A stretch of 52,821 nucleotides of DNA, taken from the IMG/VR virus record IMGVR_UViG_3300045988_133004, positions 1 through 52,821 of that record, one strand, 5' to 3'. The notes beneath the pieces are model-generated. The model did not search any database and was not told the DNA's origin. It worked only from the letters and a program-made list of their open reading frames with translations. Origin of the DNA: a virus. Each line of letters opens with the position of its first letter. Positions within the stretch are counted from its first letter, which is position 1. A program made the position numbers and the translations under genes. Below, in pieces: positions 32,030 to 40,451 of this stretch.

Positions 32030-32058
32030 ATTATATCATTATATATTTTTATTGTCAA
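32030..32058 (-). promoter_or_regulatory. consensus SigA promoter, leftward (TTGACA-17-TATAAT)
   Basis: Reverse complement reads ttgacaataaaaatatataatgatataat. Confidence 0.7.
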
Positions 32059-32064
32059 TAGGTA

Positions 32065-32093
32065 TTTACAAATTTATTTTAATGTGCTATAAT
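32065..32093 (+). promoter_or_regulatory. SigA-type promoter, rightward (TTTACA-17-TATAAT, TGn)
   Basis: tttaca 32065-70, tg 32085-86, tataat 32088-93. Confidence 0.6.
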
Positions 32094-32133
32094 AAATTTA
32101 TTCCTTTTATCGCTAAATTTCTATAGAAAGGTG

Positions 32134-32162
32134 TTGACAAATTAAAATTAATATAGTATAAT
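32134..32162 (+). promoter_or_regulatory. consensus SigA promoter, rightward (TTGACA-17-TATAAT)
   Basis: ttgaca 32134-39, tataat 32157-62. Confidence 0.75.
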
Positions 32163-32169
32163 ATAAACA

Positions 32170-32840
32170 TAGACAATTTAATAAAGCATTTATGAGTTTC
32201 TCATAAAAGACCCATGTTTATCTTTATTCAATTTATTTGGGGGCGAAAGCTCCCAATACATAATTTGATATCTTTATCAAGTATACATTATAACCATGTG
32301 TAAACGTTCTAATCAAACCTCATGGAGTGCTGGTTTATTGAGTAGGGTTGTAGTGGGATACTGCTATAATTGAGCTTTTATTTATTGGTAACAGTAAATA
32401 ACAATTGGGTAAACCAAAAGAAGTACAGCACGTACAAATTATAACGCTAGTTAAAACACAAGTTGTATGGCGGTGATAATAAACGACCCTGTGGGTAATA
32501 ATCAGCTATGCCATTTAGCTTACAACTAAATCGAGCTAACTGAAATGTAAAAGTAAACCGTGTGGCTTTGAAGTATAGAAATATACTATAACATATTACT
32601 TGGTTAAAGTAGCATAATAGCCTATTTGATGATAATACGTAATTTGTTAATTACAATTTTATAATCCGAATGATATGTGAAATTTGCAGACAAACATTTC
32701 TGCGTGAGGTAAAAGGGGGCAAGAAGTTATAAGGTAGCTCCTTATAGCTAGGACTTGTCTTTCTCACTGGTTGAATAAGCTAGAAGTTATAAAGAGTAGA
32801 GTGAAAGCTCATAATGTATACTTAATAAAGATATCAAATA
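32170..32840 (+). ncRNA. large ornate structured RNA directly upstream of tRNAs (ROOL/GOLLD-class candidate)
   Basis: ~670 nt without an ORF between a consensus promoter and two tRNAs. GAAA-tetraloop hairpin 32238-55. Nested stems 32461-67/32521-27 with 32467-71/32510-14, and 32704-08/32763-67 enclosing ggcaag/cttgtc and ataagg/ccttat. G-U pairs valid on + only. Confidence 0.55.
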
Positions 32841-32841
32841 A

Positions 32842-32918
32842 ACGTGAGTGGTGGAATAGGCATACACACAAGTCTTAGAAACTTGATTTTGAAGGTTCGA
32901 GTCCTTTCTCACGTACCA
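32842..32918 (+). tRNA. tRNA with anticodon UAG (Leu by anticodon) but a 5-nt variable loop (class I architecture), A73, encoded CCA
   Basis: Hand-folded: acceptor ACGTGAG/CTCACGT, D-stem GTGG/ACAC, anticodon stem CAAGT/ACTTG, loop CTTAGAA, T-arm GAAGG-TTCGAGT-CCTTT. Confidence 0.75.
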
Positions 32919-32921
32919 TAT

Positions 32922-32998
32922 GATGATATAGCCAAACTGGTTAAGGCGAAGGTCTGCAAAACCTTTATTTCTCGGTTCAAGTCCGAGTATCATCTCCA
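32922..32998 (+). tRNA. tRNA-Cys (GCA), U73 discriminator, encoded CCA
   Basis: Hand-folded: acceptor GATGATA/TATCATC, anticodon stem AAGGT/ACCTT, loop CTGCAAA, T-arm CTCGG-TTCAAGT-CCGAG. Confidence 0.85.
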
Positions 32999-33061
32999 CG
33001 AAAGAAATAAGCAAGATACATCTTAACAAAAATAATAACTTTACTACATCTTGCACAATTA

Positions 33062-33095
33062 AAGCACTTAGTATAATGCTAGGTGCTTATTTTGT
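33062..33095 (+). terminator. terminator closing the ncRNA-tRNA transcription unit
   Basis: aagcacttag/ctaggtgctt 10-bp stem (U-G valid on + only), then attttgt. Confidence 0.6.
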
Positions 33096-33114
33096 ATATA
33101 AGGAGTTCGGAAAT

Positions 33115-33474
33115 GTGAACAAATATGATAAATTAATTGATTGGTTATGCTATAAATATAGTATACTTCATAGACTAGAAATAAGACATCAGAAAAGCAT
33201 TAAGGTTAGATATAGAAAAAGAAACTACATAACTAGAATAGTTAATAAGAAAAAGAGTTATGTTTTCAGATTACCAGATTTTGATAAACTATATTTTATA
33301 TCAGATGAGGATAAACACAAGTTGATAATAAGTGAATTTATCAGATTTTTCTTAATTGGTGCGGTTTATAAGAAAATTAAGAATGAAAACCATTTAAGAA
33401 AGGTAATTATGAACAATACAGAAAAACTATATTATCTGTATAATAAGGAGGTGTTAGCAGGTGGCAAAGTATGA
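33115..33474 (+). CDS. basic hypothetical protein (probable GTG start)
   Basis: aaggag 9 nt before GTG at 33115. ATG at 33076 lies inside the terminator hairpin. Confidence 0.5.
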   Translation: MNKYDKLIDWLCYKYSILHRLEIRHQKSIKVRYRKRNYITRIVNKKKSYVFRLPDFDKLYFISDEDKHKLIISEFIRFFLIGAVYKKIKNENHLRKVIMNNTEKLYYLYNKEVLAGGKV

Positions 33475-33922
33475 CCAATGGAATACAGAAGAAGGCTTTA
33501 TTAAAATTGAAGGTTGGGCAAAAGATGGCTTAACAAATGAGCAGATAGCCCAAAAAATGGAAATAAACAGAATTACATTATATAATTGGTCTTTAAAAAA
33601 TCCTAAGATTGCAGAAGCTCTCAAAAAAGGAAAAGATGTTATTGATAGAAAAGTTGAGAACTCTCTCTTAAAGCGTGCGTTAGGTTATGAGTATGACGAA
33701 ACGACCACAATCACAGATAGTGAAGGGAACGAAACAACGAAGGTTATAAGAAAGCATGTAATACCAGATACAACGGCTCAAATATTCTGGCTTAAGAACA
33801 GAAAACCTACAGAATGGCGAGATAAACGAGAATATAAAGACAATGAAGCACTTGAAAAACTCGACAAAATTCTTAGTAAAATACCTAATAAATTAGAAAA
33901 AGGTATTAACAAAGATGTTTAA
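33461..33922 (+). CDS. terS: terminase small subunit
   Basis: HTH LTNEQIAQKMEINRITLYNW, ..LLKRALGYEYDE.., IPDTTAQIFWLKNRKPTEWRDK, directly upstream of terL. Confidence 0.8.
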   Translation: MAKYDQWNTEEGFIKIEGWAKDGLTNEQIAQKMEINRITLYNWSLKNPKIAEALKKGKDVIDRKVENSLLKRALGYEYDETTTITDSEGNETTKVIRKHVIPDTTAQIFWLKNRKPTEWRDKREYKDNEALEKLDKILSKIPNKLEKGINKDV

Positions 33923-35510
33923 TTTTAGTAAAAACCAGCTAGAATATTTAAATGACGCTTGCCATAGATGGAACATAAAAAGCGGTGCAGTAAGAAGTGG
34001 AAAGACTTACCTTGATATAGCTGTTGTTATACCATGTAGGATAAGAGCAGTAGCAGGAAAAGAAGGATTAACAGTATTTCTAGGCAATACCAAAGGCACA
34101 ATACAACGTAACGTAATTGAACCGCTCCAGCAAATGTACGGCAAAAATTTAGTTAGTAGTATAAGGGCAGATAATACCGCCACAATATTCGGTGAAAAAG
34201 TTTATTGCTTAGGTGCAAGCAAAATAAATCAAGTAGATGTTTTGCGTGGTATGTCAATCAAGTATTGCTACGGTGATGAAGTTGTTACATGGTGTAAAGA
34301 AGTATTTGAAATGCTTAAATCTCGACTTGACAAGTCTTATAGTCGCTGTGATTTAACATGTAACCCTGATAGTCCTTTGCATTGGTTCAAGGAATTTATT
34401 GATAGTGATGTTGATAAATACTTGCAAGAATACACGATTGATGATAATCCATTCTTACCAGAAGAATTTGTAAGAAACTTGAAAAAAGAATATGAAGGCT
34501 CCGTTTGGTATGATAGGCTTATATTAGGAAAATGGGTACGTGCGGAAGGTCTGGTTTATCCTATGTTTTATAAAGATAAATATTGCTTTACAGAACAGCC
34601 AACAAAAAAATATGAGCAGTATTATATAAGTGCAGACTATGGTATATTAAACCCATTTAGTGCTGGCTTATGGGGTAAATATAAAGGTAAATGGTACAGA
34701 ATTACAGAATATTACCATGATGGACGTAAAACGAATAAACAATACACAGATGAAGAATATTACAATAAACTATTAGACCTTGCAGGTGATTTGCCAATTA
34801 GAAGTATAATTATCGACCCGTCGGCAAGTTCTATGATTGCCACTATTAGAAAGCATGGAAAGTTTAATATTAGGAAAGCAAAAAATGACGTATTAGAAGG
34901 AATTAGAAACACCGCCACCGAATTAAACAAAGGTAACATACTCATAAACTCTAACTGTAAAGCCTTCATTAATGAAATTGAGGGGTATAGTTGGGACAAG
35001 GATAACATAAAAGAGGATAAGCCACTAAAAGAAAACGACCACTGTCTTACAGGTGATACAATAATAAATACAATAAATGGTGATATTCCTATTAAAGATT
35101 TAGTAGGTAAAAGTGGAATTGTTAAAGCTTATGACACATATAACAATAAAGCTGTAACTGCTAAATTTAAAGATGTTAGAGTTACACAGAAAAACGCAAG
35201 AGTATTTGAAGTAAAGCTTAATAGCGGTAAAATAATAAAAGCAACTGCTGAACACCCTATATACACTAAAAGAGGGTGGGTAATGGTAAGAGATTTAAGA
35301 ACAGATGATACTATCTTAGATATAAATATTGGATATTCTTATATCTATAGTATAACTTTTGATAGCTTTCAAGATGTGTATAATATGGAAGTTGAAAAAT
35401 ATCATAACTTTTCTATAAATGGCGGTTTGATAGTTCATAACTGCATGGACGATTTTAGATATTTTGTTAATACAGTAGTAGCACGTGGTAATACGTTCGA
35501 GGTTGCTTAA
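33915..35510 (+). CDS. terL: terminase large subunit, interrupted by a mini-intein
   Basis: Walker A GAVRSGKT, Walker B-like YCYGDEV, nuclease motif ENDH/..MDDFRYF split by the Hint domain. Confidence 0.9.
   Translation: MFNFSKNQLEYLNDACHRWNIKSGAVRSGKTYLDIAVVIPCRIRAVAGKEGLTVFLGNTKGTIQRNVIEPLQQMYGKNLVSSIRADNTATIFGEKVYCLGASKINQVDVLRGMSIKYCYGDEVVTWCKEVFEMLKSRLDKSYSRCDLTCNPDSPLHWFKEFIDSDVDKYLQEYTIDDNPFLPEEFVRNLKKEYEGSVWYDRLILGKWVRAEGLVYPMFYKDKYCFTEQPTKKYEQYYISADYGILNPFSAGLWGKYKGKWYRITEYYHDGRKTNKQYTDEEYYNKLLDLAGDLPIRSIIIDPSASSMIATIRKHGKFNIRKAKNDVLEGIRNTATELNKGNILINSNCKAFINEIEGYSWDKDNIKEDKPLKENDHCLTGDTIINTINGDIPIKDLVGKSGIVKAYDTYNNKAVTAKFKDVRVTQKNARVFEVKLNSGKIIKATAEHPIYTKRGWVMVRDLRTDDTILDINIGYSYIYSITFDSFQDVYNMEVEKYHNFSINGGLIVHNCMDDFRYFVNTVVARGNTFEVA
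35043..35441 (+). mobile_element. mini-intein (133 aa, Hint domain, no homing-endonuclease domain) in terL
   Basis: Block A CLTGDT, block B TAEHP, blocks F/G VYNMEVEKYHNFSINGGLIVHN followed by +1 Cys. Confidence 0.85.
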
Positions 35511-35522
35511 AGAGGTGATAAA

Positions 35523-36965
35523 GTGTTTTTTGATAATGATGATGTAACAGAAATAAATGAGAATATAAAAAATAATGCTCCAATGGATATTGATACAATA
35601 GTTAATCTTGAAATTGGTGAGCATGTAAACTCTTTGGAATACAAGAAAATAATTAAATCTGAACAGTACTATAAAAATAATACAGATATAAATATCAATG
35701 GTCGAATGGTTTTAGGTGAACATGGATTAGAGAGAGCAGAAAATGTGGCTGATAATAGACTTGCACACGATTATTTCTCTCTTATTGTAGACCAGAAAAT
35801 ACAGTATCTATTAAGTAAAGAATGGACTGTAGAAAGTGATAATGATAATATTTTGGAGCAGTTAAACAAAATATTTAATCAGGACTTCAAGAACAAATTC
35901 CAAAGAGTAGCAAAAGACGCTGTAGTTAAATATTATGGCTGGTTATTCGTATACCCACAAGGAAGTGATTTAAAATTCCAAAGGTTAGAAGCTAAAAACG
36001 TGATACCTTTTTGGTCAGACATTGATAAAACTGAATTAAATGCAGTTATATACTTTTATTCTAAGGTTGAGTATGAAGGCACGCAAAAGAAGGAAAAAAG
36101 ATACGCTCAATACTGGGATAATACAGGGGTAATTTTCTATGAAGCCAACGACTCTGCACGATACGAAAGAACAAATAAAAGCGGTATGGTGAGCTTTGAA
36201 GGAAAGCCATATAACTGGGAAAAGATACCATTTATTCCAATAAAATATAATGACGAAGATATATTTTTATTAGATAAAATTAAATCTTTAATTGATGACT
36301 ACGACAGACAGACAAGCCGAAATAGTAACGGACTAGAAGATGACTTGAATAAAACTTTAGTTGTAAAAAACTATGATGGAACAAATGCAGGACAATTAAG
36401 AAGAGATGTAAAGACACATAAAATAATTAAGGTTAGTGATGATGGCGGAGTAGACGTGCTAGATTTAACTGTAGATATTGATAACTCAAATAGCCATTTA
36501 GATAGATTGAAAAAAGATATATTCATGTTCGGTCGTGCAGTAGATATTACTAGCGAATTTGGAGCAAATGCAAGTGCAGAAGCTAGACAATATTTATACG
36601 CAAGTTTAGACATGGACTGCAATACACTAGAAAGAAATTGCAAAAATACACTACATTCTTTATTATGGTTCATATCTAAATATTACAACATGGGCGATAT
36701 TCAAGACACAGTCGATTTTGTATTTAATCGTGATGTTATTACAAATGAAGCTAGTGCAATAGATATGTGTGTTAAATCTCAAGGTGTTCAAGGTTTGTCT
36801 ACTCGTACAATTCTAAGCAATCACCCATTTGTGAAAAATGTTGATGATGAACTTAACACATGGAAGCAGGAACAAAAAGAAAACGCACAAATGCAAGATT
36901 ATTTATACGACAATCCTTCTTTTGGCAATAATGACGATAATAGCAATGGTGGTATAGATGAATAA
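35523..36965 (+). CDS. portal protein (SPP1 Gp6-like)
   Basis: 480 aa directly after terL. GTG start after agaggtg. Size and position are typical. Confidence 0.8.
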   Translation: MFFDNDDVTEINENIKNNAPMDIDTIVNLEIGEHVNSLEYKKIIKSEQYYKNNTDININGRMVLGEHGLERAENVADNRLAHDYFSLIVDQKIQYLLSKEWTVESDNDNILEQLNKIFNQDFKNKFQRVAKDAVVKYYGWLFVYPQGSDLKFQRLEAKNVIPFWSDIDKTELNAVIYFYSKVEYEGTQKKEKRYAQYWDNTGVIFYEANDSARYERTNKSGMVSFEGKPYNWEKIPFIPIKYNDEDIFLLDKIKSLIDDYDRQTSRNSNGLEDDLNKTLVVKNYDGTNAGQLRRDVKTHKIIKVSDDGGVDVLDLTVDIDNSNSHLDRLKKDIFMFGRAVDITSEFGANASAEARQYLYASLDMDCNTLERNCKNTLHSLLWFISKYYNMGDIQDTVDFVFNRDVITNEASAIDMCVKSQGVQGLSTRTILSNHPFVKNVDDELNTWKQEQKENAQMQDYLYDNPSFGNNDDNSNGGIDE

Positions 36966-37962
36966 TGCGGAGTATTGGCAAAAGCGAGCTGAACAAGATG
37001 TATTAAAAGTAGAAAAAGAAATTGACAAAATTAATGATGATTTAAAAGTAGCTTTTACTACTACTACACAAAAGTTAATAAATGAAATATATAAGTTTTA
37101 TTCTCTTTATGATTTAACAGATTATAGCAATATGTATAAAATATTGTCTGCTGATGAAGCAAAAGAATTAAGAGATAAAGCAAGAAAAGTTTATAAAACT
37201 GCATACAGTGAAGAACTTAAATCATTAGCTAAAAACATGAAAGGCTCTTACAGAATACAGGCTATAAAAGCTTTACTATTTAACTTAATATCTGATATTG
37301 AAGAACTTTACCAACTACAACAAGATGACTACGACAATGACTTACCTTCTATTTATAAAGCTATGTATTATAAAAAGATTTACGATATGCAGGTTGGTAC
37401 AGGTTTTGGATATGATGTAGATAGGTTAGAAGATGGAAAAGTTAAACAAGCGGTATCTCAAAGTTGGTTAGGTGAGAACTATTCGGAACGTATATGGAGC
37501 AATAGAGATAAATTATCTAAAGTTATACAGCAAGAATTACCACAAGCAATAATACAAGGTCAAAATCCTAAACAGCTTGCTAAAACAATACAAAAAAGAA
37601 TGAATACATCTTATTTTAATGCAGAAAGATTAGCAAGAACCGAATATTTACACGTATTAAATGAAGCTAATTATAAAGCAATGAGTGGAAGCGGATTGTT
37701 TAAGAAATATCAATACATGGCAACATTAGACTATAAAACTTCGCAAATTTGTAGAGATATGGACGGAAAAGTTTTTGATATGAGCAAAAAGCAAACAGGG
37801 GTAAATTACCCACCATTACACCCTAATTGCAGAAGTACAACAGCTCCGTATTTCAAAGATTTACAAGGTACAAGAATTGCAAAAACAAAAGAAGGTACGT
37901 ACTATGAAATAGATAGAAATATAACATATCGAGAATGGGAAAAAATGCAAAATTTAAGTTAA
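36958..37962 (+). CDS. head morphogenesis protein (SPP1 gp7 / Mu F-like)
   Basis: AERLARTEYLHVLNEANY and C-terminal PPLHPNCRSTT motifs. Confidence 0.8.
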   Translation: MNNAEYWQKRAEQDVLKVEKEIDKINDDLKVAFTTTTQKLINEIYKFYSLYDLTDYSNMYKILSADEAKELRDKARKVYKTAYSEELKSLAKNMKGSYRIQAIKALLFNLISDIEELYQLQQDDYDNDLPSIYKAMYYKKIYDMQVGTGFGYDVDRLEDGKVKQAVSQSWLGENYSERIWSNRDKLSKVIQQELPQAIIQGQNPKQLAKTIQKRMNTSYFNAERLARTEYLHVLNEANYKAMSGSGLFKKYQYMATLDYKTSQICRDMDGKVFDMSKKQTGVNYPPLHPNCRSTTAPYFKDLQGTRIAKTKEGTYYEIDRNITYREWEKMQNLS

Positions 37963-38069
37963 AATAATGCTTGACAAATGTATAAAATTTTGTTATAATA
38001 TAGTATCAAAAAATAATTCTCTAAGTGGCACTAACCACTATAAAAAAGTATACGGAGGTTTATATATAA

Positions 38070-38648
38070 ATGGATATCATGGAAATGATTAAAAAATACA
38101 AGTTAGGACAAGATGGGGCGGACATTGACGGATTTAATAAAGAATTTCGTGAAACTTTTAAACACGTGGAAGAAGTTAAGGGAATTAGACAAAAAACTGA
38201 AACTCTTGAGAAACAGAATAAAGAACTTGTAGATAAGCTTAAAAGCTTTGATGGTGTAGATGTAGAAAAATACAAAAAAGAAATTGAAGATTTAAAAGCA
38301 CAGCAAGCAAAAGAATTAGAAAAACAAAAAATTAATAATTTTGCACTACAGGAACTTTATAAAAATGATATCAAAAGCGTCAATGTTGGTATGAAGCTTC
38401 TAAATTTAGATGATATCAATTCTGACAATTTTGAAAAAGAAATTCCTAATAGAGTTAAGGCTTTAATGGAAGATGAAACAACTTCTTTCGCCTTCAAAGT
38501 TCAGAAAACCGAACCAAAAGAAAAAAACTTTGCAGGATTAAATCCAGCAGACGGACAAGGTGGAAAAGAAGGAAACCCACCTGAAATATCTATTGGTAAG
38601 CAAATGGCTGAAAAATATAACGCTAAATACATTAAAAATAAGGAGTAA
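38070..38648 (+). CDS. scaffolding protein
   Basis: Charged coiled-coil protein upstream of the capsid genes. Confidence 0.65.
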   Translation: MDIMEMIKKYKLGQDGADIDGFNKEFRETFKHVEEVKGIRQKTETLEKQNKELVDKLKSFDGVDVEKYKKEIEDLKAQQAKELEKQKINNFALQELYKNDIKSVNVGMKLLNLDDINSDNFEKEIPNRVKALMEDETTSFAFKVQKTEPKEKNFAGLNPADGQGGKEGNPPEISIGKQMAEKYNAKYIKNKE

Positions 38649-38652
38649 ATAA

Positions 38653-39015
38653 ATGGCAAACGCAAGATACACATATACAGAAAAATCAAGAAAAATGCCT
38701 AACTTCTTAGAAAGTGAAGTTGGCTTGTTACTTAAAACATGGAAATTTGATACAGAAACAGCAGTTACAACAGAAGATGATGGAACAAAATATATTAAAG
38801 CTGGCACTGTTTATCCTAGCAACGACGGAAGTGCAAAAGGTATCGTTTTTGAAGATGTAGACGTTACACACGGCGAAGCTATTGGTTCTTTAATCGTAGC
38901 TGGAAGAGTTTACGAAAATAGATTACCAGCAGTTATTGAGGAACTAGCGGAGGCGGTTTTTGCTAAACAAGGTTTATACTGGTCTGACGCTCCAGAAACA
39001 ACAAGAGATGAGTAA
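38653..39015 (+). CDS. head decoration protein (gpD-like by position)
   Basis: 120 aa between the scaffold and an E-type major capsid gene, as in the lambda Nu3-D-E order. Confidence 0.45.
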   Translation: MANARYTYTEKSRKMPNFLESEVGLLLKTWKFDTETAVTTEDDGTKYIKAGTVYPSNDGSAKGIVFEDVDVTHGEAIGSLIVAGRVYENRLPAVIEELAEAVFAKQGLYWSDAPETTRDE

Positions 39016-39031
39016 TAATGGAGGTTGAATA

Positions 39032-40066
39032 ATGGATATTGAAAAATTACTGACAAATGAGGAATTGATAAACTTTTCTCAAAACTTATCCCCAAATAGG
39101 GATAGATTAGGGGATAGAATTTTCCCGAACGAAAAAACACAGAATTTAAAAGCAAGTTTTTATAGATTAACTGACCAAATGCAATTACCTTCTATCGCTT
39201 TAGTACACGGATTTGATACAGAGGCACGAATTGGCGAACGTCCTACATTTGAAAAAGTTAACTTTGAAAAAATGTTGATTAAAGAAAAAATCAACTTAAG
39301 CGAATTAGTTGACCAATATATTAGCAATGGTGTATCTAGTGATAACGCTATTTTAAACTATGTTTTTGATGACATGGGACGTTTAGCAGAAAGCGTGTTA
39401 ACACGTGTAGAAGTAATGAAATGCGAACTCTTACAAAGTGGTAAGGTTAAAATCAAAGAAAATCATATTGATATTACTTTGGATTACGGAGTCCCTAGCG
39501 GTAATACAAGTTTTTCTATTGCCGATATGAGCGAAAGTGCTGACATTTTGGCAGAGTTCCAAAAAGTTTACGATAAAGCAAAAAGCATGGGTCAAAACAT
39601 TAAAGAATGTATTATGTCTACAAAAGCTTTAGGTAAATTGAGAACTAACAAATATATTCAAACTGCAATCATGGGTACACTAGGACAAGGTACATTGTTA
39701 ACTACTGCGCAAATTAATACACTCATGAATGAAATGTTTGGTTTCACTATTACAACATATGATGAGCAGTATAAATATGTTAAAGCAAACGGAACAGAAG
39801 CTTCTAAACGCTATATTGATGAAAATAAAATTATCTTCTTGGCTCAAACTTCTATCATTAATGAATACGGAAAAGGTCTTTGGGGTGTAACACAAGAAGA
39901 GAAAAAACAAGGACCTTGGACAATGAAATCTAGTCAGCAGTATGTAACTATTACAAAATGGACTACACCAGACCCTGTAGCAACATGGACAAAAGCAAGC
40001 GGTTTATTTGTACCTGCTTTATATAACCCTAACGGATTATTTATTGCTACAGCCACATTAGCGTGA
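39032..40066 (+). CDS. major capsid protein (E-family-like)
   Basis: 344 aa, at the expected position and size. Confidence 0.75.
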   Translation: MDIEKLLTNEELINFSQNLSPNRDRLGDRIFPNEKTQNLKASFYRLTDQMQLPSIALVHGFDTEARIGERPTFEKVNFEKMLIKEKINLSELVDQYISNGVSSDNAILNYVFDDMGRLAESVLTRVEVMKCELLQSGKVKIKENHIDITLDYGVPSGNTSFSIADMSESADILAEFQKVYDKAKSMGQNIKECIMSTKALGKLRTNKYIQTAIMGTLGQGTLLTTAQINTLMNEMFGFTITTYDEQYKYVKANGTEASKRYIDENKIIFLAQTSIINEYGKGLWGVTQEEKKQGPWTMKSSQQYVTITKWTTPDPVATWTKASGLFVPALYNPNGLFIATATLA

Positions 40067-40070
40067 TGTT

Positions 40071-40451
40071 ATGGATAGCAAATATCTAACAAAAGAAGAA
40101 GTAATACAAGTTGTTAACGCACTCCTAGTGGGTGCGTTTGATAACCTAGAAAAGTATACTTCTATTATTGATTTAACAACCGAAGAAGCTTTGCAAAAGG
40201 TTGAAAATTATCTAAATAGAAAAGTTCCTAAACAGTTAAAATTTGTAGTAGCTAGAATGGTACAGACTTCTATACTTACAACTTATGCAAATGAAAGCAA
40301 TTTGCAAAGTGGTGAAAGTATTAAACGTATCAAAGAGGATACCAAAGAAGTAGAGTTTGACACAGCTAGCGAAAGCCCTAATCTTAATATCTTATCTTTT
40401 AATACTGACATTCTAAAAGAATTGCATAGATATAGGGTAATGAGCAGATGA
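40071..40451 (+). CDS. head-tail connector/adaptor protein
   Basis: Position after the major capsid gene. About 125 aa. Confidence 0.5.
   Translation: MDSKYLTKEEVIQVVNALLVGAFDNLEKYTSIIDLTTEEALQKVENYLNRKVPKQLKFVVARMVQTSILTTYANESNLQSGESIKRIKEDTKEVEFDTASESPNLNILSFNTDILKELHRYRVMSR

Noticed and set aside
32842-32918. Amber-suppressor (CUA) reading of the first tRNA on the minus strand
   Set aside because: The reverse-complement loop TTCTAAG would give anticodon CUA. However, the TTCGAGT T-loop, the GG in the D-loop, the 3' CCA and co-orientation with tRNA-Cys fit only the + strand, where the anticodon is UAG.
32787-33056. ORFs 32787..33056 (-) and 32844..33026 (+) overlapping the tRNA genes
   Set aside because: Both are read straight across two canonical tRNA cloverleaves and lack an RBS. 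They are artefacts of an open frame over RNA genes.
33040-33078. TTGCAC ... TATAAT as a late promoter for the structural operon
   Set aside because: The spacer is only 15 nt and the -10 hexamer sits in the terminator loop. This is not convincing as a SigA promoter, so it is mentioned only in the context of late-gene control.
33076-33114. ATG at 33076 as the start of the ORF preceding terS
   Set aside because: It lies inside the terminator hairpin (33062-88). A GTG at 33115 with an aaggag RBS 9 nt upstream is a better start.
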